A stretch of DNA of 64,000 nt from an uncultured Christensenella sp. (lineage in GTDB: Bacteria > Bacillota > Clostridia > Christensenellales > UBA1242): NCBI GenBank assembly GCA_964564685.1, contig CAZMBC010000004.1:23382-87381 (forward strand), written 5' to 3'. The translations under genes and the position numbers were made by a program. Shown here in pieces: positions 40,702 to 50,300 of this stretch. The notes under the pieces are model-generated. The model did no database searches and was not told where the DNA came from. It saw nothing but the letters and a program-made list of their open reading frames with translations. Numbering within the stretch: the stretch's first letter is position 1; every line of letters starts with the position of its first letter.

Positions 40702-42726
40702 ATGTTAAAGGTGATGAAAATGGCAGAAGAAAACAAAAAATCCGGCGCTGAAAAATTGGCAATGGGAATTTTTAAATTTATAGTGGCAGTTGCAGCCCTG
40801 TTTGTGGTTGCGTTGATAGTTGTTAGCTACATAACCACAAAGTCAGTTAAGTTTGATATTAGCGTTGTGTTAGATAGCAAATTTATACTGGTATTTGGCT
40901 TGCTTTTGTTATTCTATTTCCTTATAAAACTATCAGCACTAACCAAGCCGAAAAAAAGCGACAGTGGCGCTAAACTAACTACAAAGGGCGGAGTTAAAAA
41001 ATATTACGATAGCCAGTGGCTAACGCCCGAGCAAATGAAACACACCTATGGATTTTATAGTTACGAGTATAGCGAACTTAAAAATGTTAAAAAAATAGGC
41101 ATACCTGTTAGAGCAGAAGTTGTTAATGGAAAGCTTCAGGTCAACATGTACCAAAACATCCATACAATGGTTATTGGTACAACAGGCTCGGGCAAAACTA
41201 GCCAGTTTGTTGTTCCAACACTACAAATATTAAGCGAATCGGCAGCAAAACCATGTTTTGTAATAACCGACCCTAAAAGCGAACTTTATAACAGTCATAG
41301 CGAAAAACTGAAAAAACAAGGATATAACGTTTTGGTGTTCGATTTAAGCGACCCTTTTAAAAGTACTTGTTGGAACCCTATGACAAGGGCTTATGAATTA
41401 AACGAGAAAGCAAACAATTTGCACAAAATGGTTAAAGTACACCAGAACGAAGACCCACGCAAAACCAATCTTACACTTGCAGCAAATGCTTATTACAGCG
41501 AATGGTACGAACTTAATGGTTTTGCCTTTGCAGACAAGCAATCACTTAACGCATACATTGAAAGTGTTAAACAATCTCTTAAAAACGAGGCTTTTGAGGA
41601 CTTGCGTGATATTGCAACAACCCTTTGCCCTATACAAAGCACACAAGACCCTATTTGGGAGCGCGGCGCAAAGGACTTGGTTTTGGGCACAATGCTTGCC
41701 ATGCTTGAGGATAGCGAAGACCCGCGCTTAGACATGACCAAAGAGCGATTTAACTTTTATAATTTAAGCAAAATTTTAAACCTAAAAGATAACGACCCTT
41801 ACAACCAAATAAAAAGCATTACAAACTATTTTCAGGGCAGAGATAAATTAAGCCTTTCTGCACAGCTTGCAAACCAAGTTGTAACCAATGCCGACAAAAC
41901 TGCAAAATCATACATGGGTATAGTTACTGACAGAATGTCCCTATTTTCTGACACTGGCGTGTGCTATGCTACCAGTAAGAACGAAATGGACTTAAGTTCG
42001 TTTGCAGATAGGCCAACCGCATTGTTTATAAAAATACCAGATGAAAAAACAACCCGCTACCCTATTGCAACAATGTTTATTTCACAACTTTACAAAGTAT
42101 TGGTTGAAATAGCCAGAACAAAAGGCGGAGCACTTCCTAGAGATTGTTACTTTATTTTGGATGAGTTTGCTAACATGCCTAAAATAGAAGAATTTGACAA
42201 AATGATTACCGTTGCTCGTTCCAGAAAAATTTGGTTCATTTTAATTTTACAATCGTATGCACAATTAAATTTGAGATATGGTGACCAGATTGCAACCACA
42301 GTTAAAGATAACTGCAACATCCATGTGTTCCTTGCATCAAACGACCAAAACACACTAGAAGAATTTAGTAAAAGATGTGGAAATATTAGCGTAGAAACAG
42401 AAAGCGTAACAATTAACAAGGGTAAAAAAGAAGAGCAAACAAACAAGACCACAGCAATTAATATTGATACCCGTCCACTTATTTATCCTGCGGAATTGGG
42501 CTCACTTAAAAATCAATGTATTGTTTCGATATTAAAGCAAATGCCAATTAAATCAACGTTCACACCAAGTTATTCTGGAAGTGTTAAGAACATTTACGAC
42601 TTAACTCCTGCCCCACCAAATTATTCCTTACCTAAAAACCTTAACGAACAAGAATTGTATTACGACATAAGAAAGCGTAACGAAATTGTTTTGGGTAATG
42701 TTGATGACGACTCAAATGGTTGGTAA
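40702..42726 (+). CDS. VirD4/TraG-type type IV coupling protein
   Basis: Two N-terminal TM helices, Walker A VIGTTGSGKTSQFVVPT (41176-41199) and Walker B YFILDEFANMPKI. The true start may be the ATG at 40720 (AAGGTGA RBS). Confidence 0.85.
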   Translation: MLKVMKMAEENKKSGAEKLAMGIFKFIVAVAALFVVALIVVSYITTKSVKFDISVVLDSKFILVFGLLLLFYFLIKLSALTKPKKSDSGAKLTTKGGVKKYYDSQWLTPEQMKHTYGFYSYEYSELKNVKKIGIPVRAEVVNGKLQVNMYQNIHTMVIGTTGSGKTSQFVVPTLQILSESAAKPCFVITDPKSELYNSHSEKLKKQGYNVLVFDLSDPFKSTCWNPMTRAYELNEKANNLHKMVKVHQNEDPRKTNLTLAANAYYSEWYELNGFAFADKQSLNAYIESVKQSLKNEAFEDLRDIATTLCPIQSTQDPIWERGAKDLVLGTMLAMLEDSEDPRLDMTKERFNFYNLSKILNLKDNDPYNQIKSITNYFQGRDKLSLSAQLANQVVTNADKTAKSYMGIVTDRMSLFSDTGVCYATSKNEMDLSSFADRPTALFIKIPDEKTTRYPIATMFISQLYKVLVEIARTKGGALPRDCYFILDEFANMPKIEEFDKMITVARSRKIWFILILQSYAQLNLRYGDQIATTVKDNCNIHVFLASNDQNTLEEFSKRCGNISVETESVTINKGKKEEQTNKTTAINIDTRPLIYPAELGSLKNQCIVSILKQMPIKSTFTPSYSGSVKNIYDLTPAPPNYSLPKNLNEQELYYDIRKRNEIVLGNVDDDSNGW

Positions 42727-42757
42727 AAAAAGCATATCACTAAAGATATGCTTTTTT
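42725..42757. terminator. bidirectional terminator after the VirD4-like gene
   Basis: A-run, stem agcatatc (42731-42738) / gatatgct (42744-42751), then T-run. Confidence 0.7.
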
Positions 42758-42831
42758 ATTACAATTACTTAAACAACTTATTTAAACAATTGTGTTAAAA
42801 ACAACGCAATTGTTTTTATTTTTACCGCAAA

Positions 42832-43194
42832 CTATTTGCGCGAGTTATTTATTATATCCGTAACCCATCTGCCTATAGCGCTTGAATATTTGCAAAACAA
42901 AACCAATAAAATTAACAATATTAATAACACAACAAAACCAATTATTGCATTTACCATACGCTTACGCGCTTCGTCACGCTTTTCTCCACTTTCGGATTTG
43001 GCATAAGTTACGCCAAGTACAATAGCATAAATTGAACCTGCACTTGCAACTAATATAAGTAGAGGAACAAGTATTTTACCTAGTAATTCAGTAATGGGTT
43101 CTAAAGTTTGCTTCCACCAAGACTCATTATAGCCAATTGGGTCAAGCTTTTCACTGCCCAAAAAACTTAATATCTTACTTATCATATATTTCAT
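42832..43194 (-). CDS. pilin-like two-TM small protein, paralogue 1 (VirB2/TrbC-like topology)
   Basis: 120 aa. MKYMISKILSFLG leader, TM1 ILVPLLILVASAGSIYAIVLGV, charged loop AKSESGEKRDEARKRM, TM2 VNAIIGFVVLLILLILLVLF. Confidence 0.5.
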   Translation of the reverse strand: MKYMISKILSFLGSEKLDPIGYNESWWKQTLEPITELLGKILVPLLILVASAGSIYAIVLGVTYAKSESGEKRDEARKRMVNAIIGFVVLLILLILLVLFCKYSSAIGRWVTDIINNSRK

Positions 43195-43214
43195 AAACTT
43201 TTCTCCTAAAAGTC

Positions 43215-43604
43215 CTACTTAACGCTTGTTATCCATTCAGCAATATCGTCAGCATTCGCAGAAAGCAATTTCATTAATATTAGCAATATTAACATAACAA
43301 CTATTCCTATTGCACCATTTATTAATCTTTTTTTAATTTCGCCACGTTTATCGCTATTTTCAGCCCTACTCATTTGAACACCCAGCACAATTCCATAAAT
43401 GGAGCCCGCAACACCCAATACGATAATTATTGGCAACAAGATTGCGTCTATAATATCCACAACCGGTTTTATAATTTTCATATAGTAACTATTTTTATCT
43501 GTATCTATAATTACATCAAGACCATCTTCCCCTTTAACAAGGCTTTCATCTGTTGCATTGCCTAAAAACGATAAAATTTTTGAAAGAATTAATTGAAGTT
43601 TCAT
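43215..43604 (-). CDS. pilin-like two-TM small protein, paralogue 2
   Basis: 129 aa. MKLQLILSKILSFLG. Core LLPIIIVLGVAGSIYGIVLGVQMSRAENSDKRGEIKKRLINGAIGIVVMLILLILMKL. Confidence 0.5.
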   Translation of the reverse strand: MKLQLILSKILSFLGNATDESLVKGEDGLDVIIDTDKNSYYMKIIKPVVDIIDAILLPIIIVLGVAGSIYGIVLGVQMSRAENSDKRGEIKKRLINGAIGIVVMLILLILMKLLSANADDIAEWITSVK

Positions 43605-43639
43605 GTTTCACCCTTTTCAAACTTTCTTTTGTTATTATA

Positions 43640-43668
43640 ATTTTAACAAAAAAACACAAATATAACAA
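43640..43668 (-). promoter_or_regulatory. candidate sigma-A promoter for paralogues 2 and 1
   Basis: On the minus strand: TTGTTA (43668-43663), 17 nt, TAAAAT (43645-43640). Confidence 0.35.
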
Positions 43669-43678
43669 CACTTTTAAA

Positions 43679-43707
43679 TAAAAAAACCGCAATTATATGC
43701 GGTTTTT
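43679..43707 (-). terminator. rho-independent terminator after paralogue 3
   Basis: A-run, stem accgca (43686-43691) / tgcggt (43698-43703), then T-run. Confidence 0.65.
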
Positions 43708-43720
43708 AATTTTCATGCTT

Positions 43721-44104
43721 TTATGTTGTTGTGCTTGGTGTTGTAGCTGATTCATCTACCCAACCAAAAATTGCATTAGCATTTTGAGTGAATAGTTTCA
43801 TTAAAATTAAAGCTACTAATATGATAACAATTCCAATTACGGCGTTAATCAAGCGTTTTTTAGCTTCTTCACGTTGGTCTGAACTTTCAGCTTTAGCATA
43901 TTGAACGCCAAGAACTATACCATATACTGTACCTGCCACGCCCAAAACAATAATAACTGGTACCAAAAGTTGATCTAACGCCTTAATAATTGGCACAAGA
44001 ATATTTACTATCCATTGCGGCGTATCACCATAATTAATACCATTTTGAATATTATCTTTACCTAAAAAGCTCATAATTTTCATTAATAACATCTGAAGTT
44101 TCAT
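43721..44104 (-). CDS. pilin-like two-TM small protein, paralogue 3
   Basis: 127 aa. MKLQMLLMKIMSFLG. Core LVPVIIVLGVAGTVYGIVLGVQYAKAESSDQREEAKKRLINAVIGIVIILVALILMKL. Thr/Ser/Pro C-terminal tip. Confidence 0.5.
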   Translation of the reverse strand: MKLQMLLMKIMSFLGKDNIQNGINYGDTPQWIVNILVPIIKALDQLLVPVIIVLGVAGTVYGIVLGVQYAKAESSDQREEAKKRLINAVIGIVIILVALILMKLFTQNANAIFGWVDESATTPSTTT

Positions 44105-44140
44105 ATCAAATTCTCCATAATTTCACTATTATTGTACCCT

Positions 44141-44169
44141 ATTATAGCAATTTAATTTAAAACTTCCAA
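44141..44169 (-). promoter_or_regulatory. sigma-A-type promoter (extended -10) for paralogue 3
   Basis: On the minus strand: TTGGAA (44169-44164), 17 nt, TGcTATAAT (44149-44141). Confidence 0.45.
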
Positions 44170-44314
44170 ATATTTTTACAATATTTTTAAAAAATATAAC
44201 TAAAGTTTGATTGTGAACCAATTAGGTTTTTATTGGTGCATAAGCCGAATGCAAATTGTACAAGTTATAAATGAAGAATATATAATAAATAATATATTAA
44301 ATAACTAATTATAT

Positions 44315-44343
44315 TTGTGGATTTTTTTTTAATATGGTAAAAT
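44315..44343 (+). promoter_or_regulatory. candidate extended -10 promoter for the giant surface-protein gene
   Basis: TTGTGG (44315-44320), 17 nt including TGg, TAAAAT (44338-44343). GGGAG RBS before ATG 44391. Confidence 0.35.
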
Positions 44344-44390
44344 TATATCGAAAAATGTAAAACATTGTTTTACCTTAAGGGAGAAATAAA

Positions 44391-47300
44391 ATGCGAAACA
44401 ACAAGAAGAAAGCCAATATTATTCTTTCGGCAATACTTTCAGTACTAGGTTTATCTAGTGCGTTAATTTTACCAACCTACAAAAACTCTGTAAGTGCAGA
44501 AACCGCACCTGAGGGTTTTTTTGTTGCGGGCGTAACCGAGCGAAGCGTTAATAAATTTACTTCAGAAGACACATACGGAAGTGCTGGTTGGAATTATAAT
44601 TATGCTGAAGTCAACGCTTTCTCTGATTCTCAAAACACAAATATTTTTATCCCTTATGGCAGTGCATATGACGCAGATAACGAACTTAAAACTCGCTACC
44701 CTATAAATAATGGAACTATTGATTACAATGGGCTTACCCTTAATGTAGACGGAAATACTCTTAAGTACTCAAATGGAATTGAGTGGAACTTTAAAAACTA
44801 TAGTATAGAGGCAGATGCGGTATATATTTACACACTGCAAAACGACTTACGCAACGCCAATACTCCATACATAATGCTAAACAATTTTATGAACGAGCAG
44901 AATGCTGTTAGTGAGGACGGCCAGAACATTCAGTCCTTTTATTTTGGGTTAGGAAAACTAATTACTAACGCTAGCGAAAGCATGGAAATAACAAGTGCTC
45001 AAGTATTTTTAGCAAACGACTATGTATTTTCTAAATTTAGCACAAACGAGAATTACAACAACCAAAACGACTATGGTATATATGTAAAATCACACCCTGG
45101 TATGGGTAACGAGGGTAAAATAGTTACACAAGAGCAATCTTACTTGCCAATTGGTAAAAAGAACGATACTTGGTATAACTATTTTGACTTAAGAGAGGTT
45201 TATGCCGTTACAAGCGATACTGGTACCGAGTTAATAGAAGATGCCGAGGGATTGTATACAATTGTTATATCTTACGTCTTTACAAACTCTAGCGGTGTTA
45301 GCAAAAACGACACTTTGGTGTACCAATTTTATTTAATGTCGGATAGTAGCTATTACGAAGCTCCGGACTTTAACCGCAGTAGTGATGGTTTAACTTACAT
45401 GCAAAACACAAGCGGTGCAGGAACATATTACAACGGATATCAACAAAGCAGTTATCCTACATATATTTACAACGCAACCAAATACAATGTTAGTTATACT
45501 CACGAATATAACAGTTTAACCACCTACACCACCGATTTTGCTATTAATTACAAAAACAATACCGAAACGGGTGTTGTTAATATTTACAAAAACGGCACCG
45601 CGTTTCGCACTATCGAAATGAAGTTGAATATATTAGACAACAGTGTAGCATATTACGAGGGCGGAAATCAAATTGCTAAACTAAAGTTGGTTTACAATAA
45701 TTCTAATTCCTGCACCGAATATCAACTTACGCTTTTAAATGTTCGTGATTACGAAAATGTGATTGTTAAAACCGGCCCAGCTACCAGTGATAACAAACCT
45801 ATGCCAATTAATTACTATATGCCTATAGTTGCAGACGAACTTGGCAAATACTCGTTTACTAACCACTATGTTGTTAATGGCGCAATAGAAAAGGTTAACA
45901 ACACAACAGATGAATATGTGTGCAACTTTAATATAGTTAAAAACCTTGATAACAGCCAGCCTAAAACGGTTGTTGACTTGCTTAAAAATGTTAATATTGT
46001 AGAGGGTAATACCAGTTTAAGCGGTAATCAAATTTTCAAAGAATGCACTTATAAAAACGGGTACATTACACTACCTGAAGGTTATTTTTACAAACTTTAC
46101 TTGGGCGATTTGTACACTGATGAAAACTGTTCAACCAAATATACTGGCGAATATACAATAAATAACAACATCGTTACACTTGCTGAAACTACACATAATG
46201 TTGTTGATGGACAAAACCTATACTACTCTATTGGCGACAAAAAGGTTAATGTTGCAGGCAAAGAATACGACATTATGCAAGCATTCCAACATAATGATAC
46301 AACATATTTTGTTAAAAACAATGTAGTTTTTAGTTATAAAAATACTAGCGAAGTCGTTGAAAGTAGCGCTACGGTTAACAATGATGGAACGGTGACTATA
46401 GGAGAGACTAACTATACACCCAAAAGCGCAATAAGATATCTTGACAATTCGCAATATATCGTACTATATATTAGTGACAATAAATTATGTGAGGATTATA
46501 GTTGTAATACCGAGTTTAAGCGCGAAGCATTTGATTATGGTATTATTAATGTGGCACATATTAATAAAAAACTGTATGTTAAAACGAAATTATACACAGA
46601 TGCATTAGGTAAAAACCCAGTGCCTACTAGCGTTAATTACACTATTGAAACATTACAGGTAATTTGCAATGGAGCAAGCTGCAATATCTATGTAAATGAA
46701 ATTGGAAATTATTTTTACATTAATTATAATGGTTCAGTTTACTATTTAGTGGATAAACTTTATACCGACCCAAGTTGCTTAGAAGAATATGAGGCAAGCT
46801 CTTTAAGTTCTTATAAATATAGCATTGAATATTATGGAACAAAACAAAATGGCGAAAATTATATTGGCAATCGTATTGTAACGATTAGCACCTACTCTAC
46901 AGAGTTAATGTGCGATAGCTTTGATTACTATTATATTGACGCATATGACGATAATAACATAATTTATTTAAGCAAACAGCTTTATCAAGACGCGAGAAAA
47001 GAAAATATTCTTGTTTCTTCCGAATTGAATCATGAATTTAATACTAATAGCGTTGGTGTTAGCATAAACAATGTATCTTACAAGTTAAGTGATATTATTT
47101 ACCTAACCTCTGACCCATCTGTGGATGGCAGTTATGCGCTAGTAAACTATGGAACACAAGCATATTTTTATAAAAACAATATAAAAACCGATTTTGAACA
47201 ACTTACTAGCGAGTTTGTTATTAGGTCACATATCACTCCAATTGTAAATAGTTATTCTAGTATTAGTCCGGACAATATTATTAGTGAGTTTAATAATTTA

Positions 47301-50300
47301 AAAATAGAACATAATAGCATACCTACTACCGATTTATTTTCAATATACTTTGATTATTATGGTCAGTATACTTACAACAATAACAACTACACAAGTCACT
47401 ACTACTACATTTCAAAAGACAATTACACAATTGATGGTGAAAATCATCTTCAAATTAAGGATACAGAAAGTGTTAGTCAAAAGCAAATTTTACTTCCATC
47501 AAACGGAATTAGTTCCGAGGGGTTAATAATTGCTATTACCCAAATCGATTATACAGACCTTAACAATGAAGTGCATACAGTTACACAATATTATGCGTTC
47601 ATTATTGATAACTCTGCACCTCGTGTAACATTGCAATACAAAGATTCTACAGACGGCGATGCCACAAACTTAAATAATGATACAAAATATACAAACAAGA
47701 ATATTTTGTTGGCAAATTGGACAGTTAGAACTTTCTTCCAATCAGACATTAAATGTACTGTTTCGGAATATCCATTTAACACCAACCTTAATGACCCTAA
47801 CGCTGTTCCAACAAGGATATACGACTACGAAATGGGCTCAACCATATCTCCTATTGACGGCACAGAAAGTTACACTAAAGACGGAATATTTGTTTTAACA
47901 ATTTATTACGGAAACAAGTTTGGAAGTTCAAGAGATTTTATTATCAAAAAGGATACACAAGCCCCTACGGCCGAAATATACGACGTTTTATCAGTTATAA
48001 CCGAAGACGAAAATGGCGCTGAAATAACAAGCGAAATTATTAGTGATGTAAAAAGTGAATACAATATTTTTAATAATAAATTCATTTTTACCGGCGCTAC
48101 TATAAAAGACAGCGGCGCTAGTGTGGACGCATATTATATCCGCATCGCATTTGATAATGATATTGCGTTTGCTCCACTAAAAGTTGCAGATGGTGTAACT
48201 ACTAACATTAAGTTAAACACACAAAACGAATTATTTAAAAGTGACAACTTTACGCCATTTGTTTTGCAAGAACGAAATGGCTACAACCCTACAACAAGCA
48301 AAATGCTTGGAGAAGAGGGTAGCATGCTTTACATCTTTAAACTAGTAGACTCTGCAGGAAACACAAACTATTACTACTATATTTACGACGAAAGCACCCC
48401 TTATAATGTATTTTTAGATTCAGACGGAAATACTCAAAACTTTAATTCTTCCGCAGATAACACTATTGACAAGCAAACTAGCGCTTATTGGGGAAATTAC
48501 AAAAATATCCCTCTTTCAGGCACTCCAAGTGATAGTGAGGATAAGGCTAGTTTTAACACATTTGCCGAATATTTAAATGAAAACACGCAAGCGTTTAAGG
48601 GTTTAACATTAAGTGAAAATTATTTACAGTTGCCTTTGGTAAATGCGGTTGTTACAAACACAACAACACTTACTCAAAATAACGTAAGCGTTAGCTACAA
48701 CTTTGTAGCAACAACGCCAAATACGGTCGGCTCAACAGCTTCCATACTTGATTCTCAATTTACAGCATATCTTCCTGGAGTTACACCTGCTACTGACTAT
48801 ACAAAGTGGCATATAACTGATCAAAATGGAGAAAATGTTGCTAGCGATTTTTATCCTTATGTTTTCCAAGGAAGCAAGACTTACAGTTTTGTTGTTACGG
48901 ATATATTAAACAACAAAAACAGCAACTACTTAAACATTAACACAGATAAATCACAATTTGAGTTTGTATTAACTCAGAACAACACTATATTGGGCAAAGA
49001 CTATGAAAGTGTTACGCGTAACAAAAAGGCATATAACGCAAACAAGCTACAAATACAATATAACACAATTGTTAACGGAGTTAGCGTACAATACACACCT
49101 TATGTTACATATGATTTTTATCCTTTTAGTGTAGAAAGTTACATTTCTGACGAAAGCGTTAGTTCTAAAACACAAGCGCTTACTAGCAACTACTACGAGA
49201 TAATTGACGATACTAATCAGTTGGGATACTTTATTCCAGGATATCCATTCTCGGTTACTCCAACCAAAACCAATACCGTTATTACCACTTCTACCACCAC
49301 AGATGGCAAATTTATTTCAAACACAATTAATGCTACTGATGGAACCAATTCTGACGAAGGATTATATGTGTTTAAAAGGGTTTACAAAGACCAATTAGGA
49401 AACACCTTAACTCAAAGCGATATTGATAATATAAGCGAAAATGATGTTGCTGAATTATATTTGTATGTTTATGTTGACCGCAAAGAGATTTTTTCGCTTG
49501 AATACACAGCAGAAGGCAATGTAAGCACTGTTAATTCGTTTGGCGACCTTATTAAGATAATGTTGGGATGCACAAGTGATGGAAAAAACTCAAAAACCAC
49601 ATTAGACGCTCATACCCTTTACACCTTATCACTTAACACATCATCTTCTAGCAGTTTATTTAGCACAAATAAGCTTTATTTAAATTTTGAAGTGCCTGCA
49701 GATAAGTTTGCTACTAAAAACAAATTAAGCGCAACTAGCAACACCACTTTTGAAGCTAACACAAATAACACCGATTACTTTGTAAAAGAAAGCAAACTTT
49801 ATATAGATAGCGAATGTACCGAAGAATTAACCGAATTTAGTTATAGCATTAATGGCAAATGGGCAACAATAAATTCTGTATCCTACCCTATTATAGATAA
49901 TCTTGTAAGAATTAGAGGTACACGCCAAATTGTTAACGACACAGTAACTGCAAATGCAAACATGTTTGGTTATAACCTAAAACTGGAATATGGCACAGAA
50001 GTTATTGAAAACATAAAGCTTGAAGAACTAATAAATATTGTTTTAAATAATAGTGGAGTTTATACTTTAACTTTATCCGATAACTCGTATATGCTTAACG
50101 AGTACGGAAGTGCAATTGATAAAACCGCACATACTCAATCGTTTAAGTTTGAAATAACTCACACCCCTCCTCAAGGAAGTTATTTAAGTGCAATAAATGA
50201 TAGTGTTGCAAGTGAAATACCTCTTGAAATTCGTAACCAAGCGGATGCTAGCAATGTAATTTACAGGGATATTAACAAGGATGTTCTAAAATTTAGTTTT

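Noticed and set aside
42787-42815. Hairpin acaattg...caattgt downstream of pilin-like paralogue 1 as a terminator
   Set aside because: The stem is only 7 bp and AT-rich, with a ~13-nt loop and no clean T-run. The nearby bidirectional terminator at 42725-42757 is the more credible stop signal.
43374-43565. 63-aa plus-strand ORF antisense to pilin-like paralogue 2
   Set aside because: It is antisense to a gene with two conserved paralogues. The product is Asn/Ile/Tyr-rich and has no RBS.
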